A stretch of 64,000 nucleotides of DNA, from the NCBI GenBank assembly GCA_964057225.1, contig OZ059896.1:1116001-1180000 (forward strand). Direction: 5' to 3'. The translations under genes and the position numbers were made by a program. The stretch comes from Auanema rhodensis. Lineage: Eukaryota; Animalia; Nematoda. Every line of letters begins with the position of its first letter. Position 1 is the first letter of the stretch. Shown piece by piece: positions 1 through 13,700 of this stretch. Below the pieces are notes generated by a model. That model saw only the letters and a program-made list of their open reading frames with translations, was not told the origin of the DNA and did not search any database.

Positions 1-237
1 TCGCTAAATTATTTTGAAATTTTTTGAAAAAATTTTTGTCAAAATGTTTTTGGAAGCAATTTTGAGTGTACATGGAAACCCAACATACACTAATGCATCA
101 TTTTTCAAACGATCATAACTAATTTTTGTATTAAGCGTTTCTCAATGTAGTATAGTGCATTCGATGCGGATTTTTAAGCTGCGTCGATCTGTACTATCAG
201 ATTTGCGCTAGCTTGAAAATGCACCGAGATATGAACT

Positions 238-259
238 GATATAAGTTCACACTTATATC
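238..259. other. Perfect inverted repeat GATATAAGT-tcac-ACTTATATC (example copy; present in most monomers)
   Basis: The 9-bp arms are exact reverse complements around a 4-nt loop. A minority of copies carry CACCTAT or CACATAT, which breaks one pair. Confidence 0.9.
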
Positions 260-361
260 CTCGATTTTCACCCTGAAGAATTAATTTTTTCGTTGAATAA
301 CATTGTCCATCGTTTTTGCCTCGAAAAAAGGAATCTAAAAACATCTACTTACCGCTAAATT

Positions 362-396
362 ATTTTGAAATTTTTCGAAAAAATTTTTGTCAAAAT
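362..396. other. A/T-tract dyad ATTTTGA-AA-TTTTTCGAAAAA-ATTTTTG-TCAAAAT (example copy)
   Basis: A central perfect 12-bp palindrome TTTTTCGAAAAA (371-382) is flanked by outer complementary arms ATTTTGA/TCAAAAT. Confidence 0.8.
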
Positions 397-2164
397 GTTT
401 TTGGAAGCAATTTTGAGTGTACATGGAAACTCAACATACACTAATGCATCATTTTTCAAACGATCATAACTAATTTTTGTATTAAGCGTTTCTCAATGTA
501 GTATAGTGCATTCGATGCGGATTTTTAAGCTGCGTCGATCTGTGTTATCAGATTTCCGCTAGCTTAAAAAGGCACCGAGATATCAACTGATATAAGTTCA
601 CACTTATATCCTCGATTTTCACCCTGAAGAATTAATTTTTTCGTTGAATAACATTGTCCATCGTTTTTGCCTCAAAAAAAGGAATCTGAAAACATCTACT
701 TTTCGCTAAATTATTTTGAAATTTTTCGAAAAAATTTTTGTCAAAATGTTTTTGGAAGCAATTTTGAGTGTACATGGAAACTCAACATACACTAATGCAT
801 CATTTTTCAAACGATCATAACTAATTTTGGTATAAAGCGTTTCTCAATGTAGTATAGTGCATTCGATGCGGATTTTTAAGCTGCGTCGATCTGTACTATC
901 AGATTTGCGCTAGCTTGAAAATGCACCGAGATATCAACTGATATAAGTTCACACTTATATCCTCGATTTTCACCCTATAGAATTAATTTTTTCGTTGAAT
1001 AACATTGTCCATCGTTTTTGCCTCGAAAAAAGGAATCTAAAAACATCTACTTTTCGCTAAATTATTTTGAAATTTTTCGAAAAAATTTTTGTCAAAATGT
1101 TTTTGGAAGCAATTTTGAGTGTACATGGAAACTCAACATACACTAATGCATCATTTTTCAAACGATCATAACTAATTTTTGTATTAAGCGTTTCTCAATG
1201 TAGTATAGTGCATTCGATGCGGATTTTTAAGCTGCGTCGATCTGTACTATCAGATTTGCGCTAGCTTGAAAATGCACCGAGATATGAACTGATATAAGTT
1301 CACACTTATATCCTCGATTTTCACCCTGAAGAATTAATTTTTTCGTTGAATTACATTGTCCTTCGTTTTTGCCTTGAAAAAAGGAATCTAAAAACATCTA
1401 CTTTTCGCTAAATTATTTTGAAATTTTTCGAAAAAATTTTTGTCAAAATGTTTTTGGAAGCAATTTTGAGTGTACATGGAAACTCAACATACACTAATGC
1501 ATCATTTTTCAAACGATCATAACTAATTTTGGTATTAAGCGTTTCTCAATGTGATATAGTGCATTCGATGCGGATTTTTAAGCTGCGTCGATCTGTGTTA
1601 TCAAATTTCCGCTAGCTTAAAAATGCACCGAGATATCAACTGATATAAGTTCACACTTATATCCTCGGTTTTCACCCTGAAGAATTAATTTTTTCGTTGA
1701 ATAACATTGTCCATCGTTTTTGCCTCGAAAAAAGGAATCTAAAAACATCTACTTTTCGCTAAATTATTTTGAAATTTTTTGAAAAAATTTTTGTCAAAAT
1801 GTTTTTGGAAGCAATTTGGAGTGTACATGGAAACTCAACATACACTAATGCATCATTTTTCAAACGATCATAACTAATTTTTGTATTAAGCGTTTCTCAA
1901 TGTAGTATAGTGCATTCGATGCGGATTTTTAAGCTGCGTCGATCTGTACTATCAGATTTGCGCTAGCTTGAAAATGCACCGAGATATGAACTGATATAAG
2001 TTCACACTTATATCCTCGATTTTCACCCTGAAGAATTAATTTTTTCGTTGAATTACATTGTCCTTCGTTTTTGCCTTGAAAAAAAGAATCTAAAAACATC
2101 TACTTTTCGCTAAATTATTTTGAAATTTTTCGAAAAAATTTTTGTCAAAATGTTTTTGGAAGCA

Positions 2165-2192
2165 ATGTTGAGTGTACATGGAAACTCAACAT
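2165..2192. other. Inverted repeat ATGTTGAGT-gtacatggaa-ACTCAACAT (example copy with the AATGTTGAG allele)
   Basis: The arms are a perfect 9 bp in AATGTTGAG monomers and 6 bp (TTGAGT/ACTCAA) in AATTTTGAG monomers. Confidence 0.8.
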
Positions 2193-5100
2193 ACACTAAT
2201 GCATCATTTTTCAAACGATCATAACTAAATTTTGTATTAAGCGTTTCTCAATGTAGTATAGTGCATTCGATGCGGATTTTTAAGCTGCGTCGATCTGTAC
2301 TATCAGATTTGCGCTAGCTTGAAAATGCACCGAGATATCAACTGATATAAGTTCACACCTATATCCTCGATTTTCACCCTGAAGAATTAATTTTTTCGTT
2401 GAATAACATTGTCCATCGTTTTTGCCTTGAAAAAAGGAATCTAAAAACATCTACTTTTCGCTAAATTATTTTGAAATTTTTTGAAAAAATTTTTGTCAAA
2501 ATGTTTTTGGAAGCAATTTTGAGTGTACATGGAAACTCAACATACACTAATGCATCATTTTTCAAACGATCATAACTAATTTTTGTATTAAGCGTTTCTC
2601 AATGTAGTATAGTGCATTCGATGCGAATTTTTAAGCTGCGTCGATCTGTACTATCAGATTTGCGCTAGCTTGAAAATGCACCGAGATATCAACTGATATA
2701 AGTTCACACTTATATCCTCGATTTTCACCCTGAAGAATTAATTTTTTCGTTGAATAACATTGTCCATCGTTTTTGCCTCGAAAAAAGGAATCTAAAAACA
2801 TCTACTTTTCGCTAAATTATTTTGAAATTTTTCGAAAAAATTTTTGTCAAAATGTTTTTGGAAGCAATGTTGAGTGTACATGGAAACTCAACATACACTA
2901 ATGCATCATTTTTCAAACGATCATAACTAATTTTTGTATTAAGCTTTTCTTAATGTAGTATAGTGCATTCGATGCGGATTTTTAAGCTGCGTCGATCTGT
3001 GTTATCAAATTTCCGCTAGCTTAAAAATGCACCGAGATATCAACTGATATAAGTTCACACTTATATCCTCGGTTTTCACCCTGAAGAATTAATTTTTTCG
3101 TTGAATAACATTGTCCATCGTTTTTGCCTCGAAAAAAGGAATCTAAAAACATCTACTTTTCGCTAAATTATTTTGAAATTTTTTGAAAAAATTTTTGTCA
3201 AAATGTTTTTGGAAGCAATTTGGAGTGTACATGGAAACTCAACATACACTAATGCATCATTTTTCAAACGATCATAACTAATTTTTGTATTAAGCGTTTC
3301 TCAATGTAGTATAGTGCATTCGATGCGGATGTTTAAGCTGCGTCGATCTGTACTATCAGATTTGCGCTGGCTTGAAAATGCACCGAGATATCAACTGATA
3401 TAAGTTCACACCTATATCCTCGATTTTCACCCTGAAGAATTAATTTTTTCGTTGAATAACATTGTCCATCGTTTTTGCCTTGAAAAAAGGAATCTAAAAA
3501 CATCTACTTTTTGCTAAATTATTCTGAAATTTTTCGAAAAAATTTTTGTCAAAATGTTTTTGGAAGCAATTTTGAGTGTACATGGAAACTCAACATACAC
3601 TAATGCATCATTTTTCAAACGATCATAACTTATTTTTGTATTAAGCGTTTCTCAATGTAGTATAGTGCATTCGATGCGGATTTTTAAGCTGCGTCGATCT
3701 GTGTTATCAAATTTCCGCTAGCTTAAAAATGCACCGAGATATCAACTGATATAAGTTCACACTTATATCCTCGGTTTTCACCCTGAAGAATTAATTTTTT
3801 CGTTGAATAACATTGTCCATCGTTTTTGCCTCGAAAAAAGGAATCTAAAAACATCTACTTTTCGCTAAATTATTTTGAAATTTTTTGAAAAAATTTTTGT
3901 CAAAATGTTTTTGGAAGCAATTTGGAGTGTACATGGAAACTCAACATACACTAATGCATCATTTTTCAAACGATCATAACTAATTTTTGTATTAAGCGTT
4001 TCTCAATGTAGTATAGTGCATTCGATGCGAATGTTTAAGCTGCGTCGATCTGTACTATCAGATTTGCGCTGGCTTGAAAATGCACCGAGATATCAACTGA
4101 TATAAGTTCACACCTATATCCTCGATTTTCACCCTGAAGAATTAATTTTTTCGTTGAATAACATTGTCCATCGTTTTTGCCTTGAAAAAAGAAATCTAAA
4201 AACATCTACTTTTTGCTAAATTATTCTGAAATTTTTCGAAAAAATTTTTGTCAAAATGTTTTTGGAAGCAATTTTGAGTGTACATGGAAACTCAACATAC
4301 ACTAATGCATCATTTTTCAAACGATCATAACTTATTTTTGTATTAAGCGTTTCTCAATGTAGTATAGTGCATTCGATGCGGATTTTTAAGCTGCGTCGAT
4401 CTGTACTATCAGATTTGCGCTAGCTCGAAAATGCACCGAGATATCAACTGATATAAGTTCACACTTATATCCTCGATTTTCACCCTGAAGAATTAATTTT
4501 TTCGTTGAATAACATTGTCCATCGTTTTTGCCTCGAAAAAAGGAATCTAAAAACAACTACTTTTCGCTAAATTATTTTGAAATTTTCGAAAAAATTTTTG
4601 TCAAAATGTTTTTGGAAGCAATGTTGAGTGTACATGGAAACTCAACATACACTAATGCATCATTTTTCAAACGATCATAACTAATTTTTGTATTAAGCGT
4701 TTCTCAATGTAGTATAGTGCATTCGATGCGGATTATTAAGCTGCGTCGATCTGTACTATCAGATTTGCGCTAGCTTAAAAATGCACCGAGATATCAACTG
4801 ATATAAGTTCACACCTATATCCTCGATTTTCACCCTGAAGAATTAATTTTTTCGTTGAATAACATTGTCCATCGTTTTTGCCTTGAAAAAAGGAATCTAA
4901 AAACATCTACTTTTCGCTAAATTATTTTGAAATTTTTTGAAAAAATTTTTGTCAAAATGTTTTTGGAAGCAATTTTGAGTGTACATGGAAACTCAACATA
5001 CACTAATGCATCATTTTTCAAACAATCATAACTAATTTTTGTATTAAGCGTTTCTCAGTGTAGTATAGTGCATTCGATGCGGATTTTTAAGCTGCGTCGA

Positions 5101-7723
5101 TCTGTACTATCAGATTTGCGCTAGCTTGAAAATGCACCGAGATATCAACTGATATAAGTTCACACTTATATCCTCGATTTTCACCCTGAAGAATTAATTT
5201 TTTCGTTGAATAACATTGTCCATCGTTTTTGCCTCGAAAAAAGGAATCTAAAAACATCTACTTTTCGCTAAATTATTTTGAAATTTTTCGAAAAAATTTT
5301 TGTCAAAATGTTTTTGGAAGCAATGTTGAGTGTACATGGAAACTCAACATACACTAATGCATCATTTTTCAAACGATCATAACTAATTTTTGTATTAAGC
5401 TTTTCTTAATGTAGTATAGTGCATTCAATGCGGATTTTTAAGCTGCGTCGATCTGTGTTATCAAATTTCCGCTAGCTTAAAAATGCACCGAGATATCAAC
5501 TGATATAAGTTCACACTTATATCCTCGATTTTCACCCTGAAGAATTAATTTTTTCGTTGAATAACATTGTCCATCGTTTTTGCCTCGAAAAAAGGAATCT
5601 AAAAACATCTACTTTTCGCTAAATTATTTTGAAATTTTTCGAAAAAATTTTTGTCAAAATGTTTTTGGAAGCAATGTTGAGTGTACATGGAAACTCAACA
5701 TACACTAATGCATCATTTTTCAAACGATCATAACTAATTTTTGTATTAAGCTTTTCTTAATGTAGTATAGTGCATTCAATGCGGATTTTTAAGCTGCGTC
5801 GATCTGTGTTATCAAATTTCCGCTAGCTTAAAAATGCACCGAGATATCAACTGATATAAGTTCACACTTATATCCTCGATTTTCACCCTGAAGAATTAAT
5901 TTTTTCGTTGAATAACATTGTCCATCGTTTTTGCCTCGAAAAAAGGAATCTAAAAACATCTACTTTTCGCTAAATTATTTTGAAATTTTTCGAAAAAATT
6001 TTTGTCAAAATGTTTTTGGAAGCAATTTTGAGTGTACATGGAAACTCAACATACACTAATGCATCATTTTCCAAACGATCATAACTAATTTTTGTATTAA
6101 GCTTTTCACAATGTAGTATAGTGCATTCAATGCGGATTTTTAAGCTGCGTCGATCTGTGTTATCAAATTTCCGCTAGCTTAAAAATGCACCGAGATATCA
6201 ACTGATATAAGTTCACACTTATATCCTCGATTTTCACCCTGAAGAATTAATTTTTTCGTTGAATAACATTGTCCATCGTTTTTGCCTCGAAAAAAGGAAT
6301 CTAAAAACATCTACTTTTCGCTAAATTATTTTGAAATTTTTCGAAAAAATTTTTGTCAAAATGTTTTTGGAAGCAATTTTGAGTGTACATGGAAACTCAA
6401 CATACACTAATGCATCATTTTCCAAACGATCATAACTAATTTTTGTATTAAGCTTTTCACAATGTAGTATAGTGCATTCAATGCGGATTTTTAAGCTGCG
6501 TCGATCTGTGTTATCAAATTTCCGCTAGCTTAAAAATGCACCGAGATATCAACTGATATAAGTTCACACTTATATCCTCGATTTTCACCCTGAAGAATTA
6601 ATTTTTTCGTTGAATAACATTGTCCATCGTTTTTGCCTCGAAAAAAAGAATCTAAAAACATCTACTTTTCGCTAAATTATTTTGAAATTTTTCGAAAAAA
6701 TTTTTGTCAAAATGTTTTTGGAAGCAATTTTGAGTGTACATGGAAACTCAACATACACTAATGCATCATTTTTCAAACGATCATAACTAATTTTTGTATT
6801 AAGCGTTTCTCAATGTAGTATAGTGCATTCGATGCGGATTTTTAAGCTGCGTCGATCTGTACTATCAGATTTGCGCTAGCTTGAAAATGCACCGAGATAT
6901 CAACTGATATAAGTTCACACTTATATCCTCGATTTTCACCCTGAAGAATTAATTTTTTCGTTGAATAACATTGTCCATCGTTTTTACCTCGAAAAAAGGA
7001 ATCTAAAAACATCTACTTTTCGCTAAATTATTTTGAAATTTTTCGAAAAAATTTTTGTCAAAATGTTTTTGGAAGCAATTTTGAGTGTACATGGAAACTC
7101 AACATACACTAATGCATCATTTTTCAAACGATCATAACTAATTTTTGTATTAAGCGTTTCTCAATGTAGTATAGTGCATTCGATGCGGATTTTTAAGCTG
7201 CGTCGATCTGTACTATCAGATTTGCGCTAGCTTGAAAATGCACCGAGATATCAACTGATATAAGTTCACACTTATATCCTCGATTTTCACCCTGAAGAAT
7301 TAATTTTTTCGTTGAATAACATTGTCCATCGTTTTTGCCTCGAAAAAAGGAATCTAAAAACATCTACTTTTTGCTAAATTATTTTGAAATTTTTCGAAAA
7401 AATTTTTGTCAAAATGTTTTTGGAAGCAATTTTGAGTGTACATGGAAACTCAACATACACTAATGCATCATTTTCCAAACGATCATAACTAACTTTTGTA
7501 TTAAGCTTTTCTTAATGTAGTATATTGCATTCGATGCGGATTTTTAAGCTGCGTCGATCTGTGTTATCAGATTTCCGCTAGCTTAAAAAGGCACCGAGAT
7601 ATCAACTGATATAAGTTCACACTTATATCCTCGATTTTCACCCTGAAGAATTAATTTTTTCGTTGAATAACATTGTCCATCGTTTTTGCCTCGAAAAAAG
7701 GAATCTAAAAACATCTACTTTTC

Positions 7724-10700
7724 GCTAAATTATTTTGAAATTTTTCGAAAAAATTTTTGTCAAAATGTTTTTGGAAGCAATTTTGAGTGTACATGGAAAC
7801 TCAACATACACTAATGCATCATTTTCCAAACGATCATAACTAACTTTTGTATTAAGCTTTTCTTAATGTAGTATATTGCATTCGATGCGGATTTTTAAGC
7901 TGCGTCGATCTGTGTTATCAGATTTCCGCTAGCTTAAAAAGGCACCGAGATATCAACTGATATAAGTTCACACTTATATCCTCGATTTTCACCCTGAAGA
8001 ATTAATTTTTTCGTTGAATAACATTGTCCATCGTTTTTGCCTCAAAAAAAGGAATCTGAAAACATCTACTTTTCGCTAAATTATTTTGAAATTTTTCGAA
8101 AAAATTTTTGTCAAAATGTTTTTGGAATCAATTTTGAGTGTACATGGAAACTCAACATACACTAATGCATCATTTTTCAAACGATCATAACTAATTTTGG
8201 TATAAAGCGTTTCTCAATGTAGTATAGTGCATTCGATGCGGATTTTTAAGCTGCGTCGATCTGTGTTATCAGATTTGCGTTAGCTGAAAAATGCACCGAG
8301 ATATCAACTGGTATAAGTTCACACTTATATTTTCGATTTTCACCCTGAAGAATTAATTTTTTCGTTGAATAACATTGTCCATCGTTTTTGCCTCGAAAAA
8401 AGGAATCTAAAAACAACTACTTTTCGCTAAATTATTTTGAAATTTTCGAAAAAATTTTTGTCAAAATGTTTTTGGAAGCAATGTTGAGTGTACATGGAAA
8501 CTCAACATACACTAATGCATCATTTTTCAAACGATCATAACTAATTTTTGTATTAAGCGTTTCTCAATGTAGTATAGTGCATTCGATGCGGATTTTTAAG
8601 CTGCGTCGATCTGTACTATCAGATTTGCGCTAGCTTGAAAATGCACCGAGATATGAACTGATATAAGTTCACACTTATATCCTCGATTTTCACCCTGAAG
8701 AATTAATTTTTTCGTTGAATTACATTGTCCTTCGTTTTTGCCTTGAAAAAAGGAATCTAAAAACATCTACTTTTCGCTAAATTATTTTGAAATTTTTCGA
8801 AAAAATTTTTGTCAAAATGTTTTTGGAAGCAATGTTGAGTGTACATGGAAACTCAACATACACTAATGCATCATTTTTCAAACGATCATAACTAATTTTT
8901 GTATTAAGCGTTTCTCAATGTAGTATAGTGCATTCGATGCGGATTTTTAAGCTGCGTCGATCTGTGTTATCAGATTTCCGCTAGCTTAAAAAGGCACCGA
9001 GATATCAACTGATATAAGTTCACACTTATATCCTCGATTTTCACCCTGAAGAATTAATTTTTTCGTTGAATAACATTGTCCATCGTTTTTGCCTCGAAAA
9101 AAGGAATCTAAAAACATCTACTTTTCGCTAAATTATTTTGAAATTTTTCGAAAAAATTTTTGTCAAAATGTTTTTGGAAGCAATTTTGAGTGTACATGGA
9201 AACTCAACATACACTAATGCATCATTTTTCAAACGATCATAACTAATTTTTGTATTAAGCGTTTCTCAATGTAGTAAAGTGCATTCGATGCGGATTTTTA
9301 AGCTGCGTCGATCTGTACTATCAGATTTGCGCTAGCTTGAAAATGCACCGAGATATCAACTGATATAAGTTCACACTTATATCCTCGATTTTCACCCTGA
9401 AGAATTAATTTTTTCGTTGAATAACATTGTCCATCGTTTTTGCCTCGAAAAAAGGAATCTAAAAACATCTACTTTTCGCTAAATTATTTTGAAATTTTTC
9501 GAAAAAATTTTTGTCAAAATGTTTTTGGAAGCAATGTTGAGTGTACATGGAAACTCAACATACACTAATGCATCATTTTTCAAACGATCATAACTAATTT
9601 TTGTATTAAGCTTTTCTTAATGTAGTATAGTGCATTCAATGCGGATTTTTAAGCTGCGTCGAACTGTGTTATCAAATTTCCGCTAGCTTAAAAATGCACC
9701 GAGATATCAACTGATATAAGTTCACACTTATATCCTCGATTTTCACCCTGAAGAATTAATTTTTTCGTTGAATAACATTGTCCATCGTTTTTGCCTCGAA
9801 AAAAGGAATCTAAAAACATCTACTTTTCGCTAAATTATTTTGAAATTTTTCGAAAAAATTTTTGTCAAAATGTTTTTGGAAGCAATGTTGAGTGTACATG
9901 GAAACTCAACATACACTAATGCATCATTTTTCAAACGATCATAACTAATTTTTGTATTAAGCTTTTCTTAATGTAGTATAGTGCATTCAATGCGGATTTT
10001 TAAGCTGCGTCGATCTGTGTTATCAAATTTCCGCTAGCTTAAAAATGCACCGAGATATCAACTGATATAAGTTCACACTTATATCCTCGATTTTCACCCT
10101 GAAGAATTAATTTTTTCGTTGAATAACATTGTCCATCGTTTTTGCCTCGAAAAAAGAAATCTAAAAACATCTACTTTTCGCTAAATTATTTTGAAATTTT
10201 TCGAAAAAATTTTTGTCAAAATGTTTTTGGAAGCAATTTTGAGTGTACATGGAAACTCAACATACACTAATGCATCATTTTCCAAACGATCATAACTAAT
10301 TTTTGTATTAAGCTTTTCACAATGTAGTATAGTGCATTCAATGCGGATTTTTAAGCTGCGTCGATCTGTGTTATCAAATTTCCGCTAGCTTAAAAATGCA
10401 CCGAGATATCAACTGATATAAGTTCACACTTATATCCTCGATTTTCACCCTGAAGAATTAATTTTTTCGTTGAATAACATTGTCCATCGTTTTTGCCTCG
10501 AAAAAAGGAATCTAAAAACATCTACTTTTCGCTAAATTATTTTGAAATTTTTCGAAAAAATTTTTGTCAAAATGTTTTTGGAAGCAATTTTGAGTGTACA
10601 TGGAAACTCAACATACACTAATGCATCATTTTCCAAACGATCATAACTAACTTTTGTATTAAGCTTTTCTTAATGTAGTATATTGCATTCGATGCGGATT

Positions 10701-13700
10701 TTTAAGCTGCGTCGATCTGTGTTATCAGATTTCCGCTAGCTTAAAAAGGCACCGAGATATCAACTGATATAAGTTCACACTTATATCCTCGATTTTCACC
10801 CTGAAGAATTAATTTTTTCGTTGAATAACATTGTCCATCGTTTTTGCCTCGAAAAAAGGAATCTAAAAACATCTACTTTTCGCTAAATTATTTTGAAATT
10901 TTTTGAAAAAATTTTTGTCAAAATGTTTTTGGAAGCAATTTTGAGTGTACATGGAAACTCAACTTACACTAATGCATCATTTTCCAAACGATCATAACTA
11001 ACTTTTGTATTAAGCTTTTCTTAATGTAGTATATTGCATTCGATGCGGATTTTTAAGCTGCGTCGATCTGTGTTATCAGATTTGCGCTAGCTTGAAAATG
11101 CACCGAGATATCAACTGATATAAGTTCACACTTATATCCTCGATTTTCACCCTGAAGAATTAATTTTTTCGTTGAATAACATTGTCCATCGTTTTTGCCT
11201 CGAAAAAAGGAATCTAAAAACATCTACTTTTCGCTAAATTATTTTGAAATTTTTCGAAAAAATTTTTGTCAAAATGTTTTTGGAAGCAATTTTGAGTGTA
11301 CATGGAAACTCAACATACACTAATGCATCATTTTCCAAACGATCATAACTAACTTTTGTATTAAGCTTTTCTTAATGTAGTATATTGCATTCGATGCGGA
11401 TTTTTAAGCTGCGTCGATCTGTGTTATCAGATTTCCGCTAGCTTAAAAAGGCACCGAGATATCAACTGATATAAGTTCACACTTATATCCTCGATTTTCA
11501 CCCTGAAGAATTAATTTTTTCGTTGAATAACATTGTCCATCGTTTTTGCCTCAAAAAAAGGAATCTGAAAACATCTACTTTTCGCTAAATTATTTTGAAA
11601 TTTTTCGAAAAAATTTTTGTCAAAATGTTTTTGGAAGCAATTTTGAGTGTACATGGAAACTCAACATACACTAATGCATCATTTTTCAAACGATCATAAC
11701 TAATTTTGGTATAAAGCGTTTCTCAATGTAGTATAGTGCATTCGATGCGGATTTTTAAGCTGCGTCGATCTGTGTTATCAGATTTGCGCTAGCTGAAAAA
11801 TGCACCGAGATATCAACTGATATAAGTTCACACTTATATTTTCGATTTTCACCCTGAAGAATTAATTTTTTCGTTGAATAACATTGTCCATCGTTTTTGC
11901 CTCGAAAAAAGGAATCTAAAAACAACTACTTTTCGCTAAATTATTTTGAAATTTTCGAAAAAATTTTTGTCAAAATGTTTTTGGAAGCAATGTTGAGTGT
12001 ACATGGAAACTCAACATACACTAATGCATCATTTTTCAAACGATCATAACTAATTTTTGTATTAAGCGTTTCTCAATGTAGTATAGTGCATTCGATGCGG
12101 ATTTTTAAGCTGCGTCGATCTGTACTATCAGATTTGCGCTAGCTTGAAAATGCACCGAGATATGAACTGATATAAGTTCACACTTATATCCTCGATTTTC
12201 ACCCTGAAGAATTAATTTTTTCGTTGAATTACATTGTCCTTCGTTTTTGCCTTGAAAAAAGGAATCTAAAAACATCTACTTTTCGCTAAATTATTTTGAA
12301 ATTTTTCGAAAAAATTTTTGTCAAAATGTTTTTGGAAGCAATGTTGAGTGTACATGGAAACTCAACATACACTAATGCATCATTTTTCAAACGATCATAA
12401 CTAATTTTTGTATTAAACGTTTCTCAATGTAGTATAGTGCATTCGATGCGGATTTTTAAGCTGCGTCGATCTGTGTTATCAGATTTCCGCTAGCTTAAAA
12501 AGGCACCGAGATATCAACTGATATAAGTTCACACTTATATCCTCGATTTTCACCCTGAAGAATTAATTTTTTCGTTGAATAACATTGTCCATCGTTTTTG
12601 CCTCGAAAAAAGGAATCTAAAAACATCTACTTTTCGCTAAATTATTCTGAAATTTTTCGAAAAAATTTTTGTCAAAATGTTTTTGGAAGCAATGTTGAGT
12701 GTACATGGAAACTCAACATACACTAATGCATCATTTTTCAAACGATCATAACAAATTTTTGTATTAAGCTTTTCTTAATGTAGTATAGTGCATTCAATGC
12801 GGATTTTTAAGCTGCGTCGATCTGTGTTATCAGATTTGCGCTAGCTGAAAAATGCACCGAGATATCAACTGATATAAGTTCACACTTATATTTTCGATTT
12901 TCACCCTGAAGAATTAATTTTTTCGTTGAATAACATTGTCCATCGTTTTTGCCTCGAAAAAAGGAATCTAAAAACATCTACTTTTCGCTAAATTATTTTG
13001 AAATTTTCGAAAAAATTTTTGTCAAAATGTTTTTGGAAGCAATGTTGAGTGTACATGGAAACTCAACATACACTAATGCATCATTTTTCAAACGATCATA
13101 ACTAATTTTTGTATTAAGCTTTTCTTAATGTAGTATAGTGCATTCGATGCGGATTTTTAAGCTGCGTCGATCTGTACTATCAGATTTGCGCTAGCTTGAA
13201 AATGCACCGAGATATGAACTGATATAAGTTCACACTTATATCCTCGATTTTCACCCTGAAGAATTAATTTTTTCGTTGAATAACATTGTCCTTCGTTTTT
13301 GCCTTGAAAAAAGGAATCTAAAAACATCTACTTTTCGCTAAATTATTTTGAAATTTTTTGAAAAAATTTTTGTCAAAATGTTTTTGGAAGCAATTTTGAG
13401 TGTACATGGAAACTCAACTTACACTAATGCATCATTTTTCAAACGATCATAACTAATTTTTGTATTAAGCGTTTCTCAATGTAGTATAGTGCATTCGATG
13501 CGGATTTTTAAGCTGCGTCGATCTGTGTTATCAGATTTGCGCTAGCTGAAAAATGCACCGAGATATCAACTGATATAAGTTCACACCTATATCCTCGATT
13601 TTCACCCTGAAGAATTAATTTTTTCTTTGAATAACATTGTCCATCGTTTTTGCCTTGAAAAAAGGAATCTAAAAACATCTACTTTTCGCTAAATTATTTT

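Noticed and set aside
288-304. CENP-B-box-like TTTCGTTGAATAACATT
   Set aside because: It matches the TTCG....A part of the box but lacks the essential CGGG, so only 5 of the 9 required positions agree.
354-704. 5S rDNA, tRNA, snRNA or spliced-leader gene tandem unit
   Set aside because: I see no recognisable 5S, tRNA cloverleaf or Pol III A/B box sequence, and the unit is AT-rich with many internal T-runs. An Rfam/Infernal search would settle it.
354-704. 351-bp unit as a diverged dimer of about 175-bp halves
   Set aside because: Only short similarities were found (CATCATTTTT/CATCGTTTTT, TCGAAAAAA twice, GATTTTTAAGCTG/GATTTTCACCCTG), at inconsistent offsets. A self-alignment with shuffled controls is needed.
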